UHGV virus genome: UHGV-0214299
Direction: 5' to 3' (one strand)
Source: a virus
DNA: 33,703 bases
Position numbers and translations under genes: made by a program. The notes beneath the pieces are model-generated. The model was not told the origin of the DNA. It ran no database searches and saw only the letters and a list, made by a program, of their open reading frames with translations. Below are positions 18,578 through 26,816 of this stretch, in pieces; position 1 is the first letter of the stretch; every line of letters begins with the position of its first letter.

Positions 18578-18765
18578 CGCTCCGGGGCCGTGGCAAAAAA
18601 CGGAGCGTTTTGTTTGTTTTTCGTTTTGATTTTTAAAAATCCCTCGCGCGCGCCATAATGTAGGTTCTGGCGGCGACCCCCACCCTTAAATTTTTCTTTA
18701 GAGTTGGAAAAGGGTACCCGGGCCATAGTAGGCGGAGGGCGGTGCGTCCCGATGATGAGGGGGGG

Positions 18766-19065
18766 CTACTCGTTTTTGTACTCAAGCCGCCCACGCTCTC
18801 GGAGGGCTTTTGCCTTCTCGGGGTGCCTCCTGTTGTGGCAGGCATGGCACAGCGGTACGAGGTTGCTGTCTACCAGGGCAAGCTCCGGATACTCGTCAGC
18901 GTGTTTGATGTGGTGTACCTCCGTGGCCTCGGTGATCCTGCCATATTTCCGGCAGTCCTGGCAGCGGTAGCCGTACAGCCGCAGGATATAGGCGCGCTTG
19001 TGCAGCCACTTCCGGCTTTTGTAAAACCCCGGCGTTCCCGGCCTCGCGTCAGCCGTGCCGCTCAC
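18766..19065 (-). CDS. Terminase-associated HNH endonuclease
   Basis: FYKSRKW..CQDC..EVHHI..NLVPLCHACHNRRH; directly upstream of terS. Confidence 0.92.
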   Translation of the reverse strand: MSGTADARPGTPGFYKSRKWLHKRAYILRLYGYRCQDCRKYGRITEATEVHHIKHADEYPELALVDSNLVPLCHACHNRRHPEKAKALRERGRLEYKNE

Positions 19066-19077
19066 CTCCCGATACGC

Positions 19078-19130
19078 AAAAGGGGCCGCTCACGGCCCCT
19101 CGCTTTTTTTGTCCTATACCCATTATAGCA
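19078..19130 (-). promoter_or_regulatory. Putative late promoter (extended -10) with downstream hairpin
   Basis: TGCTATAAT at 19122-19130 with no properly spaced -35, just after the ArpU/RinA-like gene. Hairpin AGGGGCCG-N4-CGGCCCCT at 19081-19100. Confidence 0.5.
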
Positions 19131-19138
19131 GGTTGCCG

Positions 19139-19654
19139 TCAAAAAATTTGCTGCAAATAGGTGTCAATAATTTTGCGTTGTGCGGTAGTGTAGTGGTATA
19201 TCACGGTGTTGACCGCCAGATTTCTCCAAGCGTAGTATGTGCGGTCGCTTATATGCAGCTTGTCACATACTCTCGCCTGTACATACATGCGCCCGCTGCG
19301 CTTGCCCTCTCCGCTGCGCAGGTGGAACGTCATCTCCATGAGCTCAGCTATCTCCGGCTCGTAGGTCAGCAGCTCCGCCCAGGCGCTCTCTATGGCATCT
19401 ATCCACAGCCGGGCTTTTGTGTCCACCGCGATCTTGTGGGCCTTGCCCGCTATGCGCACCATCACCGTGCGGAGGGTCACGTCGCTGTTGGCGCCGGTCC
19501 TTGCCGGCGGTCCCTCCCGTGCCTGCCCGAAGGCGGCGCTCTCTATCTCCTCCCGCTCCTCCCCCTCATCCTCGCCACTCATCAGTGCGCCTTTTATGGC
19601 GGAATATGCGTAGAGGTGTTCTATGGCTTCTCGTTTTATGGGGTTCTGTTTCAA
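19139..19654 (-). CDS. Late transcriptional activator (ArpU/RinA-like)
   Basis: C-terminal HTH VCDKLHISDRTYYAWRNLA; last early gene before the packaging module. Confidence 0.7.
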   Translation of the reverse strand: MKQNPIKREAIEHLYAYSAIKGALMSGEDEGEEREEIESAAFGQAREGPPARTGANSDVTLRTVMVRIAGKAHKIAVDTKARLWIDAIESAWAELLTYEPEIAELMEMTFHLRSGEGKRSGRMYVQARVCDKLHISDRTYYAWRNLAVNTVIYHYTTAQRKIIDTYLQQIF

Positions 19655-19860
19655 TCGGTATCCTCCTTCGGTGGCTCCGGCAGCGGCATCCAGTGGGTTA
19701 CCGTATCATCGGCAACGCCATAGTCCGGCGCCACTAACCACGCGCGGTAAAACCACAAAATATCAATAAACCTCGTTTTTGTTACCCAGTCGTATCTACA
19801 CACAAGGCACCTTGTGCGATTTTTCGGTAGCCTATCCTTCACGCTAATCCATTCGCTCAC
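19651..19860 (-). CDS. DUF551-family phage protein
   Basis: MSEWISVKDRLP...VTHWMPLPEPP signature. Confidence 0.88.
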   Translation of the reverse strand: MSEWISVKDRLPKNRTRCLVCRYDWVTKTRFIDILWFYRAWLVAPDYGVADDTVTHWMPLPEPPKEDTD

Positions 19861-20504
19861 TTCGTTTCCTCCTTTGGCTTGTGGCGGTAAAATCTCTTTT
19901 CTGATAAATCGTTAATACCACCATCAAAATACAGTACGCCTCCTTTCCCGGAGCAGTAATTCATCTTGACAGCGCACCACTCCTTAAATACATCATCCCA
20001 CACTGGCTCGCCGTCCATCTGCCGCAGCTCATCCAGCGTCAGCGGCTCCGGGTTCTCCTGCGCGTTCTGCCAGCCGTCGGCAGGCATACGCAGGTAATCC
20101 TCGATCACTGCGGCGGCGCAGGGCCAGCCGTAGCAGACCGCGCAATAGTAGCCCTCGGCCATGGCGCCGCTCATAAACTCATTTTGCGTTTGGCTTGCCC
20201 GGTTGTCGCCGGTCTTGAGCTCAATGTATATGCCATGGTAGCCGCCCCGGGCAGCGGGAATAAATACATCGGGTACCCCGGAATGTACCCCCTGCCCTAT
20301 CAGCCGCGCAGCGGTGCGCTTATCGCGCAGGCCACCGTTGGGTATGTGGTGGTAGAGTTGCAGTGCCTGATACTGTGTCCGCATCATCCGCGCCCATTGG
20401 GTCAGGGCGGCCTGGTGCTCGTCCTCCCTGCCTATTACCGGCTGGGCAGGTCGCCATACGGGCATCCCGGCTCGGTTGGGGGTCATAGTGTAATCTTTCA
20501 GCAA
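19857..20504 (-). CDS. VRR-NUC nuclease with C-terminal extra domain
   Basis: Motifs EDEHQ, HIPNGG, GVHSGVPD and YIELK; extra about 75-aa tail EPLTLDELRQMDGEPVW... Confidence 0.85.
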   Translation of the reverse strand: MLKDYTMTPNRAGMPVWRPAQPVIGREDEHQAALTQWARMMRTQYQALQLYHHIPNGGLRDKRTAARLIGQGVHSGVPDVFIPAARGGYHGIYIELKTGDNRASQTQNEFMSGAMAEGYYCAVCYGWPCAAAVIEDYLRMPADGWQNAQENPEPLTLDELRQMDGEPVWDDVFKEWCAVKMNYCSGKGGVLYFDGGINDLSEKRFYRHKPKEETK

Positions 20505-20583
20505 TTGTTTTTACCTCCTTTTGATATCGTCGTAAAATCCGACACATTTACAAGGCCCCGGCAAAAGGCCTAAACTTTTCCGG

Positions 20584-21312
20584 CTAACAACGCCGCTTCT
20601 TGTCCGGCGTTTTTACATATTTGAAATAGGTAAAGCCGTACTCGGTCGCGTGGCTCTCAACGAGGGTATACCCTTTGGGGGTGTGCGGCGGCCTTGCCGG
20701 CGTGTAGTTGCGTTTTATCGGTTTTGCTTTGTCCTTGCTGTATGGGGCGAGGTTGCGGGTGGCCATGTAATGGTGCCCGCCCTGCTCCGGCGTCCAGTGG
20801 TTAAAAAGGTAATTGGCCAGCCCCGTATAGTCCGGGCCGTGGTCTATGCCGTCATAGTGGATATGCGCCCGGAGGTGCTCGCAACGGTTGACGCTGCCCA
20901 GCGTCCATTGTCTGCGTATGGCCTCCTCCGGTATGCCGTCCGTCAGCATGTGGGCGTGTATGCGGTGGGTATTTTTGCCGCGCCCCATGTAGATTATTAT
21001 TTTTGCGTCGGGGTAGGAGTAGAGCAGACGGCGCCGGAAGTTGGTGCAGAGGCGCCTAAACTCCGAAAACGTATGTACCTCGTGCTCGTCATCCTGGGTA
21101 AGTGTGCTGTACAGGCTCGCCGGGGTAAAGTTCTCGTTTACAAGCCGGGTATGGGCACGGCTGGCCACTTCGGCGTTGAATTTCGCCCGATCCTCGGCAT
21201 TTTTAAACCGTGGGCGCCGGGGTTTGTACGGTTTTTGCGCCCTGTCGCCTACGGTATATACGATCCGCTCCAGCACTACGCCGGAATATATATCACGCCG
21301 TACCCGCTGCAT
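20584..21312 (-). CDS. HUH-type (rolling-circle Rep-like) endonuclease
   Basis: Motif I-like YSTLT, HUH motif RIHAHML, motif III-like GLANYL and ATRNL; AAGGAGG RBS. Confidence 0.7.
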   Translation of the reverse strand: MQRVRRDIYSGVVLERIVYTVGDRAQKPYKPRRPRFKNAEDRAKFNAEVASRAHTRLVNENFTPASLYSTLTQDDEHEVHTFSEFRRLCTNFRRRLLYSYPDAKIIIYMGRGKNTHRIHAHMLTDGIPEEAIRRQWTLGSVNRCEHLRAHIHYDGIDHGPDYTGLANYLFNHWTPEQGGHHYMATRNLAPYSKDKAKPIKRNYTPARPPHTPKGYTLVESHATEYGFTYFKYVKTPDKKRRC

Positions 21313-21472
21313 GGCGGCCTCCTTTTTTAATAATCAGGTCTTGGCCCTTTGCCGGGGGCGGTGGTTTGCGGTGCGGGTCATTGGCCCGTTGGCCGCACCT
21401 GCCGCCACCCTATCAATGGAGGACCGGGTGATTGCCGCACCCGGCAAAAGGTCAAGGTGGCGCCCGCCCGTG

Positions 21473-21755
21473 TTACCGGGCAGGCCTCAATTTATGTATA
21501 TCCTCTTTCTCCTTCGCGCGGCGCGGGATAAATATCTGCTCTATCACGCCGTCGCTGTGGTCGTTCATCAGCTCGTCCGCCTCCAGTATCCGCAGCTCCC
21601 GCCCATCGATGCAGAGGCGGCAGCTTCCCTTGTGCTGTGCGTATGCCCGCTTCGCTTTTTTTGATGTCGTTTGTTTCGATAACAGTCTGCGTCCCGGCGG
21701 GTGTGCGGATCAGGACGGTGTAGGTGGGTAGCGTTTCCTTTTTCTTTTTCGGCAT
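21473..21755 (-). pseudogene. Small early gene apparently frameshifted at an A7 tract
   Basis: After NDIKK the annotated frame looks atypical. Removing one A from the A7 run (21656-21662) gives ...AKRAYAQHKGSCRLCIDGRELRILEADELMNDHSDGVIEQIFIPRRAKEKEDIHKLRPAR*. Confidence 0.55.
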
Positions 21756-21758
21756 TTT

Positions 21759-22277
21759 TCAGTCCTCCCCTAAATCCCCTATGAGGTCAACGCCTATGCC
21801 GGCCAGCTCGGCGGCAGAGTATTGGCGCTGGCTGTGGCTCATAAAATAACTGCCAGCGATTTTTTTGATGTTGGTTTTCGCCGCCGAAAGATACCCTTCA
21901 AATTTTTCCGAGTTAAACAGGGTACAGGGGCGCATATACTCCTGCATGCTTGTCCCCCGCCATGCTGCCCAGCGGCTGTCTATCACCCGGCGGCAGTCCT
22001 CCGGCGTGTGGCCCTCTGCAATGCGGGCGTTGATATAACCGCGGTTTTTCGGCGTTTTTTGGTATTTGGTCCCGGCGACAGTGTTGAGGTAATCTATTAC
22101 TGCGTCGGCGGCGGTCGTGTCGGTGATCGCATTGCGGGCAGTGATTTCTCCGGTTTCCCGGTCTATCGTTACTATCAGGGCGGGCCTGCCGTTGATGCTG
22201 ACAGCGGCCCGGCCTTTCGTGTCCATGTGCTCCCCTATGCTGCGCAGGAGCATGTCATATATCTCCCGGCTTTCCAT
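21759..22277 (-). CDS. Replication-organiser-related protein with conserved phage C-terminal (Phg_2220_C-like) domain
   Basis: VIDYLN..G..Y, INARIAEGHTPEDCRRVID, EYMRPCTLFNSEKFEGYL. Confidence 0.8.
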   Translation of the reverse strand: MESREIYDMLLRSIGEHMDTKGRAAVSINGRPALIVTIDRETGEITARNAITDTTAADAVIDYLNTVAGTKYQKTPKNRGYINARIAEGHTPEDCRRVIDSRWAAWRGTSMQEYMRPCTLFNSEKFEGYLSAAKTNIKKIAGSYFMSHSQRQYSAAELAGIGVDLIGDLGED

Positions 22278-22280
22278 GGG

Positions 22281-22505
22281 TTATATCTCCCCTCCTGCCT
22301 CGCTATTATCTGATTCAGATATACAGCGTAGCGGACACCAGCTCGGCCTTCCTCCGTACACACCAATCCGCTTCCCGGGTGTCCATCCGCCCTTCGCCCT
22401 GCACAGCGCCTTGTCGCATTGGCTGTCCATACTATTTATATAGAAGGGACACTCCCGGCAGTTCTTTGGGATACGGCGCATTTGGGTCTTTATCACTATT
22501 GGCAT
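22281..22505 (-). CDS. Small Cys-rich phage protein
   Basis: IPKNCRECPF...RPSWCPL; RBS present; packed tightly between neighbouring genes. Confidence 0.75.
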   Translation of the reverse strand: MPIVIKTQMRRIPKNCRECPFYINSMDSQCDKALCRAKGGWTPGKRIGVYGGRPSWCPLRCISESDNSEAGGEI

Positions 22506-22508
22506 GGC

Positions 22509-23561
22509 CTACACCTCCGTTCCCGCTATTACCGCCTGGCAGCAGCTTCGCGCCGCCGCCCGCATCTTTCCCGCTATTTCGGATGCGCCGGATTCCTCCG
22601 CCCTCGCTATGCACTCCAGCATTTTGTTAGCGCTGTCCTGCATACTCTCAAAATGTACCTTGAACACCGCCATATCCGAGTTTGCCATCGCCAGCCGGCG
22701 CCTCAGCTCTTCCGCCTGCTTGGTAAGCGCGGCCCGCTCCTGCTCCGCTATCTGGGCCGTCTGCTCGTATGCCGCTCTTTCCGCTTCCGCCTTCCTTATA
22801 GCCTCCGTCTTTTCTTCGGCGGCCTGCTTCGCCTTGGCCTCCGCTTCTTCTATCTGCTTCCTGAGTTTCTTTGCTTCCGCCTCACGGGCCTTATCCGCCC
22901 CCTCCTTCCGGGCCGCTTCCAGCTCCTTCGGGTCCGCGCTCCGCGGCTTGTCCTCCAGCTCCCGCAGTTTGCCCTTAAGCTCCGCCACCACCGTAAGCGC
23001 GTTTTCCGCCCTGGCGGCCGCGTCGTGAAGCTCCTGCTGAGCTTTAGCCATATCGGTATCGTATACGCACTGCTGCTCGCTGAGCTGTTCTTCCATCTCC
23101 TGCCTGGCTGCCTTGGCCTCGTTCTCCCAGTAGTCCCGCTCCTTCTCCGCCGCCTTCTGCGCTTTTATGGCCTCGTCCAGCTGGCGGACCGACATATCCG
23201 CAACGTCATTTTGAGCTACAAATTCCTCGCGCTCGGCAGCAGATAAAGTCAGCAGTTTCAAAGCTTTTTGCGAACCCAAAAGCGCAAACGTCTGCGCATT
23301 TGAGGAATACTCTTTGGCGAGCTGCATCATGGTCTGGGCGGTGCGCACGGATACGTCCACACGCTCCTTAAGGTAGTCCAGCCATTCGCCGTGATCCAGC
23401 TGGGCCTTGACCTCTATTAGCCGCTTGCCTATCTCGAGGATGGCCTCGCCCGCCTGGTTTTTGTACAGCAGTATTTCCGTGGTTATAGTATTGATGTCCC
23501 GCGGCCTATCCGGGAGCAATTCCTCATATTCAACGTCGATGATCTCTTTTGTTTCTTCCAT
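22509..23561 (-). CDS. DUF3102-domain coiled-coil protein
   Basis: ILEIGKRLIEVKAQLDHGEWLDYL..SVRTAQTMMQLAKEY followed by a long coiled coil. Confidence 0.85.
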   Translation of the reverse strand: MEETKEIIDVEYEELLPDRPRDINTITTEILLYKNQAGEAILEIGKRLIEVKAQLDHGEWLDYLKERVDVSVRTAQTMMQLAKEYSSNAQTFALLGSQKALKLLTLSAAEREEFVAQNDVADMSVRQLDEAIKAQKAAEKERDYWENEAKAARQEMEEQLSEQQCVYDTDMAKAQQELHDAAARAENALTVVAELKGKLRELEDKPRSADPKELEAARKEGADKAREAEAKKLRKQIEEAEAKAKQAAEEKTEAIRKAEAERAAYEQTAQIAEQERAALTKQAEELRRRLAMANSDMAVFKVHFESMQDSANKMLECIARAEESGASEIAGKMRAAARSCCQAVIAGTEV

Positions 23562-23571
23562 CGTGCCCTCC

Positions 23572-25545
23572 TTACGCTATCTTTTTCTTCTTTATCCCGC
23601 CCTTGGCTACCACTTCGGTAAGCCAACTGTTCACAAAGGCTTCGATTCCCGCATCCTCTGTATAGGGCGCGTTGTTTTTCGTCCGGCACTGTATGAGTTT
23701 TTTGCCCTGCAGCTCCAAGGTATAATAGGGCCTGTCAGGTTCCTCCGCCAGCCGGATGAAAAATATCGCGGTTTTGCCCTCCGCCATGCGCAGGGCATAG
23801 CCGCCCACGCAGTGGTGCAGCGCCTGCCCCTCGGCTATTAATTCCTTCTGGGAGGCCGCCGGGCGTATGGTGTATCCGCCGCTCTCCCAGGCAAATTTTT
23901 GCAGCCCGTCCACGGCATGGGCAAATTGTTCCTGCGCGATCCTATCTTTCTCATACCGTATCTGCATCGCCGTGGCGGCGTGGGCCGCCCGCAGGTCGCG
24001 GGGGAACAGCACCTGCTCGCTGGAAAGGTCCATGCGCAGCTGCTCGCACTCGCCTATGTAGTCCATATACAGCCGCTCAAGGCCGTGCTGCACCGCCTCG
24101 GTCTGCTCCGCAAGGTATTTCAATATGCGGTGCAGCGGGGCATATTTTGTTGCGAGGGATATAGCCGCATAGTCAATGCCGAGATTCAGCATCTCAGATA
24201 TGTCCCGCTCCGCGACCGCGCCATTTTGGCACAGCCGCCACAGGACGCCCGCCCGGCCTATATCCGTCATGCGCCATTCCCCCGGCTGCATCAGCCGAAG
24301 CAGGCGCAGCGGGAAGCGGAAGCATTCGCTCAGCTTATTGCGCTTCCAGCGTATCAGATCCCTTTCGCCGTTTCTCACCCCGTTTACCTTTTCAACTACC
24401 AGCCAGTAAAACCGCCGCTTTATGAGATATTCCATTACAGGGTAGCGGGCCCAGTCCAATAAATACTTAATGATGTTCACGCCCCGCCCGGCGGCGTCCG
24501 CCGCTTCGTAATACAGTTCCGGCGTGGCGTACTGGAGATGCGTTCCCGCAACCGCCGCAGGCAGGCTCGCGTCGTAGAATTTATAACAGCCATCGTATAT
24601 GTCGGATACATTTCTGTACCGTTCCCATTCTCCCAACGGCAAGCGTATGGCCTGCATATAGAAGTTTTCCTTATATTCGTGCTGCCACTTGGCGGTGTGC
24701 CGCTCACGGATAGCGTACCGTGCCACCTCCTGAAGCCATTCCTCCGGGCTCTCATATCGTGCGGAAGGGTCACGCTTTAAATGCCACAACCTTATAAATG
24801 TAGTCCTTCCGTCCGCGCCGAGCTGAGCCGCCGCAACATTATCCACAAATTCGGCCCTCCACGCCGCCCCGTCCTTCAGGAAGCAGTCCACCTTCGCCCC
24901 GCAGCTGGGGCATGTAGTACGGTGGTATTGAGTGAACTTTCCTCTTACCTCTCTGCCGCAGGAATAGCACAGGCCCCTGGTATTGCCACGCTTATATATA
25001 ACGGTGTTGTCCCGGTCTATGACCTCCCGGCGCACCCAGCGTATAAAGCCTTCCGGCAGTTCTTCCGGACAAAGCTGCCAGTCGCAGTCAAGCAGTTCGC
25101 CACGCATTTCCATATCCCGCTGCTTCGCTGCAGCCTCGGTCTTCCTGATCCATGTATCGAGGTTATCGAGATAATGATTCTGCGTCACTTTGTCGCCCAG
25201 CCACGAGGCCAGCAGCTTTTCCTCCCGCTCAGATATATCGGGATAGCAGGTTGTCAGGTTTATTGCGGTGTTCTCCCGTATTGCCGCCGAGCGGACGGGA
25301 CGGCCGGATATTTTCATATATGCCGCGCAGTCCTGCCGCTTCTTAGAGCAGACTATCCGCACCATTTTTTCCTTTATCTGCCGCCAGCGCCGCTGCTTGA
25401 TATTCCGCTGCAGCGTCACCACCAGCAGCCTTTCATGATCCACAACCGGCGTATTAACGATGACGCGCACGTTTAACAGCGCATTCTTGTTTTCATATGG
25501 CTCTGGCCACGGCATCTTCCTGATTTGCTTTGGTATCTTGAGCAT
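23572..25545 (-). CDS. PcfJ-domain protein
   Basis: C-terminal YMDYI..FPRDLRAAH..ELIAEGQALHHCVGGY..IFFIR..PYYTLEL..QCR; zinc motifs CYSC and CPSCG. Confidence 0.88.
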   Translation of the reverse strand: MLKIPKQIRKMPWPEPYENKNALLNVRVIVNTPVVDHERLLVVTLQRNIKQRRWRQIKEKMVRIVCSKKRQDCAAYMKISGRPVRSAAIRENTAINLTTCYPDISEREEKLLASWLGDKVTQNHYLDNLDTWIRKTEAAAKQRDMEMRGELLDCDWQLCPEELPEGFIRWVRREVIDRDNTVIYKRGNTRGLCYSCGREVRGKFTQYHRTTCPSCGAKVDCFLKDGAAWRAEFVDNVAAAQLGADGRTTFIRLWHLKRDPSARYESPEEWLQEVARYAIRERHTAKWQHEYKENFYMQAIRLPLGEWERYRNVSDIYDGCYKFYDASLPAAVAGTHLQYATPELYYEAADAAGRGVNIIKYLLDWARYPVMEYLIKRRFYWLVVEKVNGVRNGERDLIRWKRNKLSECFRFPLRLLRLMQPGEWRMTDIGRAGVLWRLCQNGAVAERDISEMLNLGIDYAAISLATKYAPLHRILKYLAEQTEAVQHGLERLYMDYIGECEQLRMDLSSEQVLFPRDLRAAHAATAMQIRYEKDRIAQEQFAHAVDGLQKFAWESGGYTIRPAASQKELIAEGQALHHCVGGYALRMAEGKTAIFFIRLAEEPDRPYYTLELQGKKLIQCRTKNNAPYTEDAGIEAFVNSWLTEVVAKGGIKKKKIA

Positions 25546-25555
25546 GGCGTCTCCT

Positions 25556-25906
25556 TTAGAAGAAGTCGCCGAAATCTACGTTGACTATCTTACGGCTCTG
25601 CGGCTCCGAAGCCGGTAGCGGGGTGACGGGCTCCATGCTGTCTATGCCGAAATACCTGTCCACAATGGCATACACCTCATCATCTCGCATTACGGCAACA
25701 CTGCCCTGCTTGCGCGCTTTGGCAGCTTCCATTACCTTGTCCATAGCACCCTTGAGGGTCTTGCCTTTTTTGAGCACCGCTTCTGCCGCCGCCACGTTGC
25801 CGCAGCGGTCTATAACATGCTGCCCTATTGCTTCAAGGTACAGGTCGTCGGGCTTTGCCTGCATCTCGGTGTTAATTTTGATGATCGCTTCCTGTATAGC
25901 GTTCAT
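25556..25906 (-). CDS. PcfK-like protein
   Basis: KGKTLKGAMDKVMEAAK...MRDDEVYAIVDRYF; directly upstream of PcfJ. Confidence 0.7.
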   Translation of the reverse strand: MNAIQEAIIKINTEMQAKPDDLYLEAIGQHVIDRCGNVAAAEAVLKKGKTLKGAMDKVMEAAKARKQGSVAVMRDDEVYAIVDRYFGIDSMEPVTPLPASEPQSRKIVNVDFGDFF

Positions 25907-25930
25907 ATGCCTTACCTCCTTTATTTCACT

Positions 25931-26389
25931 TTAAGTTTCTTGGCTCACGTTAAAGTTCTGGCTCCGGGTTATCCGGAGCTGCCCCTTGCTGGTGAGCTTT
26001 ATCTTGGCGGTTATGCCGTCGCTGTCATCCACGGTTATGTGGTTCGCATCGCCGTCATATACCAGTGCAGCCGCCTCGTACACATAATCGCGCACATTTT
26101 CATTCATCACCGCAAGCCCTGACTCTTTCGCCGGCGGCCCAAACAGCGCGTCAATTATCTCTCGCGCGTTTTCAAGCGTTATCTTCCGCATTGCCGCCGC
26201 ATCCTCCCGCCGCTGTTCAGCTTCCGCATACTTCTTGCTGTCCAGGCAACCACAGAACCGTGAGGCCAAATAATCAGCATCCCTGTCCTTATGGTTTTCG
26301 AAGCCGCGCAGCCACTGTACATTCACCATCTGCCCGCAAAAGCGGCATATGCCGGTCTCGCCGCCGGCTATATTGGGTTTTTCTTCCAT
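25931..26389 (-). CDS. Hypothetical phage protein with Zn-binding motif
   Basis: GICRFCGQ...FCGC; start at 26389 (or 26410). Confidence 0.7.
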   Translation of the reverse strand: MEEKPNIAGGETGICRFCGQMVNVQWLRGFENHKDRDADYLASRFCGCLDSKKYAEAEQRREDAAAMRKITLENAREIIDALFGPPAKESGLAVMNENVRDYVYEAAALVYDGDANHITVDDSDGITAKIKLTSKGQLRITRSQNFNVSQET

Positions 26390-26406
26390 GTTGCAGCCCT
26401 CTTTTT

Positions 26407-26568
26407 TCATATATTCATCACCCTGGCGATCCAGCGCAGGAAGCACCGAAAGCCACGGGAATGTTCGCTTAAAAATTCAAAGGCGCAGAACATCAGGCAC
26501 ATGCCCATGGGGTATGCCGCCAGCAGCAGAGCCACTTTCAGATATTCCATTGCCAATTCAAGGGTCAT
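26407..26568 (-). CDS. Small hydrophobic (membrane) protein, 53 aa; not in the ORF track
   Basis: MTLELAMEYLKVALLLAAYPMGMCLMFCAFEFLSEHSRGFRCFLRWIARVMNI*; GGGAGG RBS; ATGA overlap with the upstream gene. Confidence 0.7.
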   Translation of the reverse strand: MTLELAMEYLKVALLLAAYPMGMCLMFCAFEFLSEHSRGFRCFLRWIARVMNI

Positions 26569-26816
26569 ATGCGTTTCCTCCCCGCCTTTTTGCTGATGTG
26601 TTCCGTCCTTACATACAGGTTGATACTGCTGCTGTTGCCTTCGATACCGATTACCTCCGCATCCAGCAGCGGGCCTACGGTATCGTTCCGCCGGCGGGCG
26701 GTGTTCTCCCCCGGGGCAAGGTCCAGTACCATGCGCCCGAAGGGGGACTCATACAGCCGCACCCGCTGGGAGTTCATCAGGGTTATACGTGATATTACAT
26801 CGCGTACCAACAGCAT
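26565..26816 (-). CDS. Hypothetical phage protein
   Basis: 83 aa; AGGAGG RBS. Confidence 0.7.
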   Translation of the reverse strand: MLLVRDVISRITLMNSQRVRLYESPFGRMVLDLAPGENTARRRNDTVGPLLDAEVIGIEGNSSSINLYVRTEHISKKAGRKRI

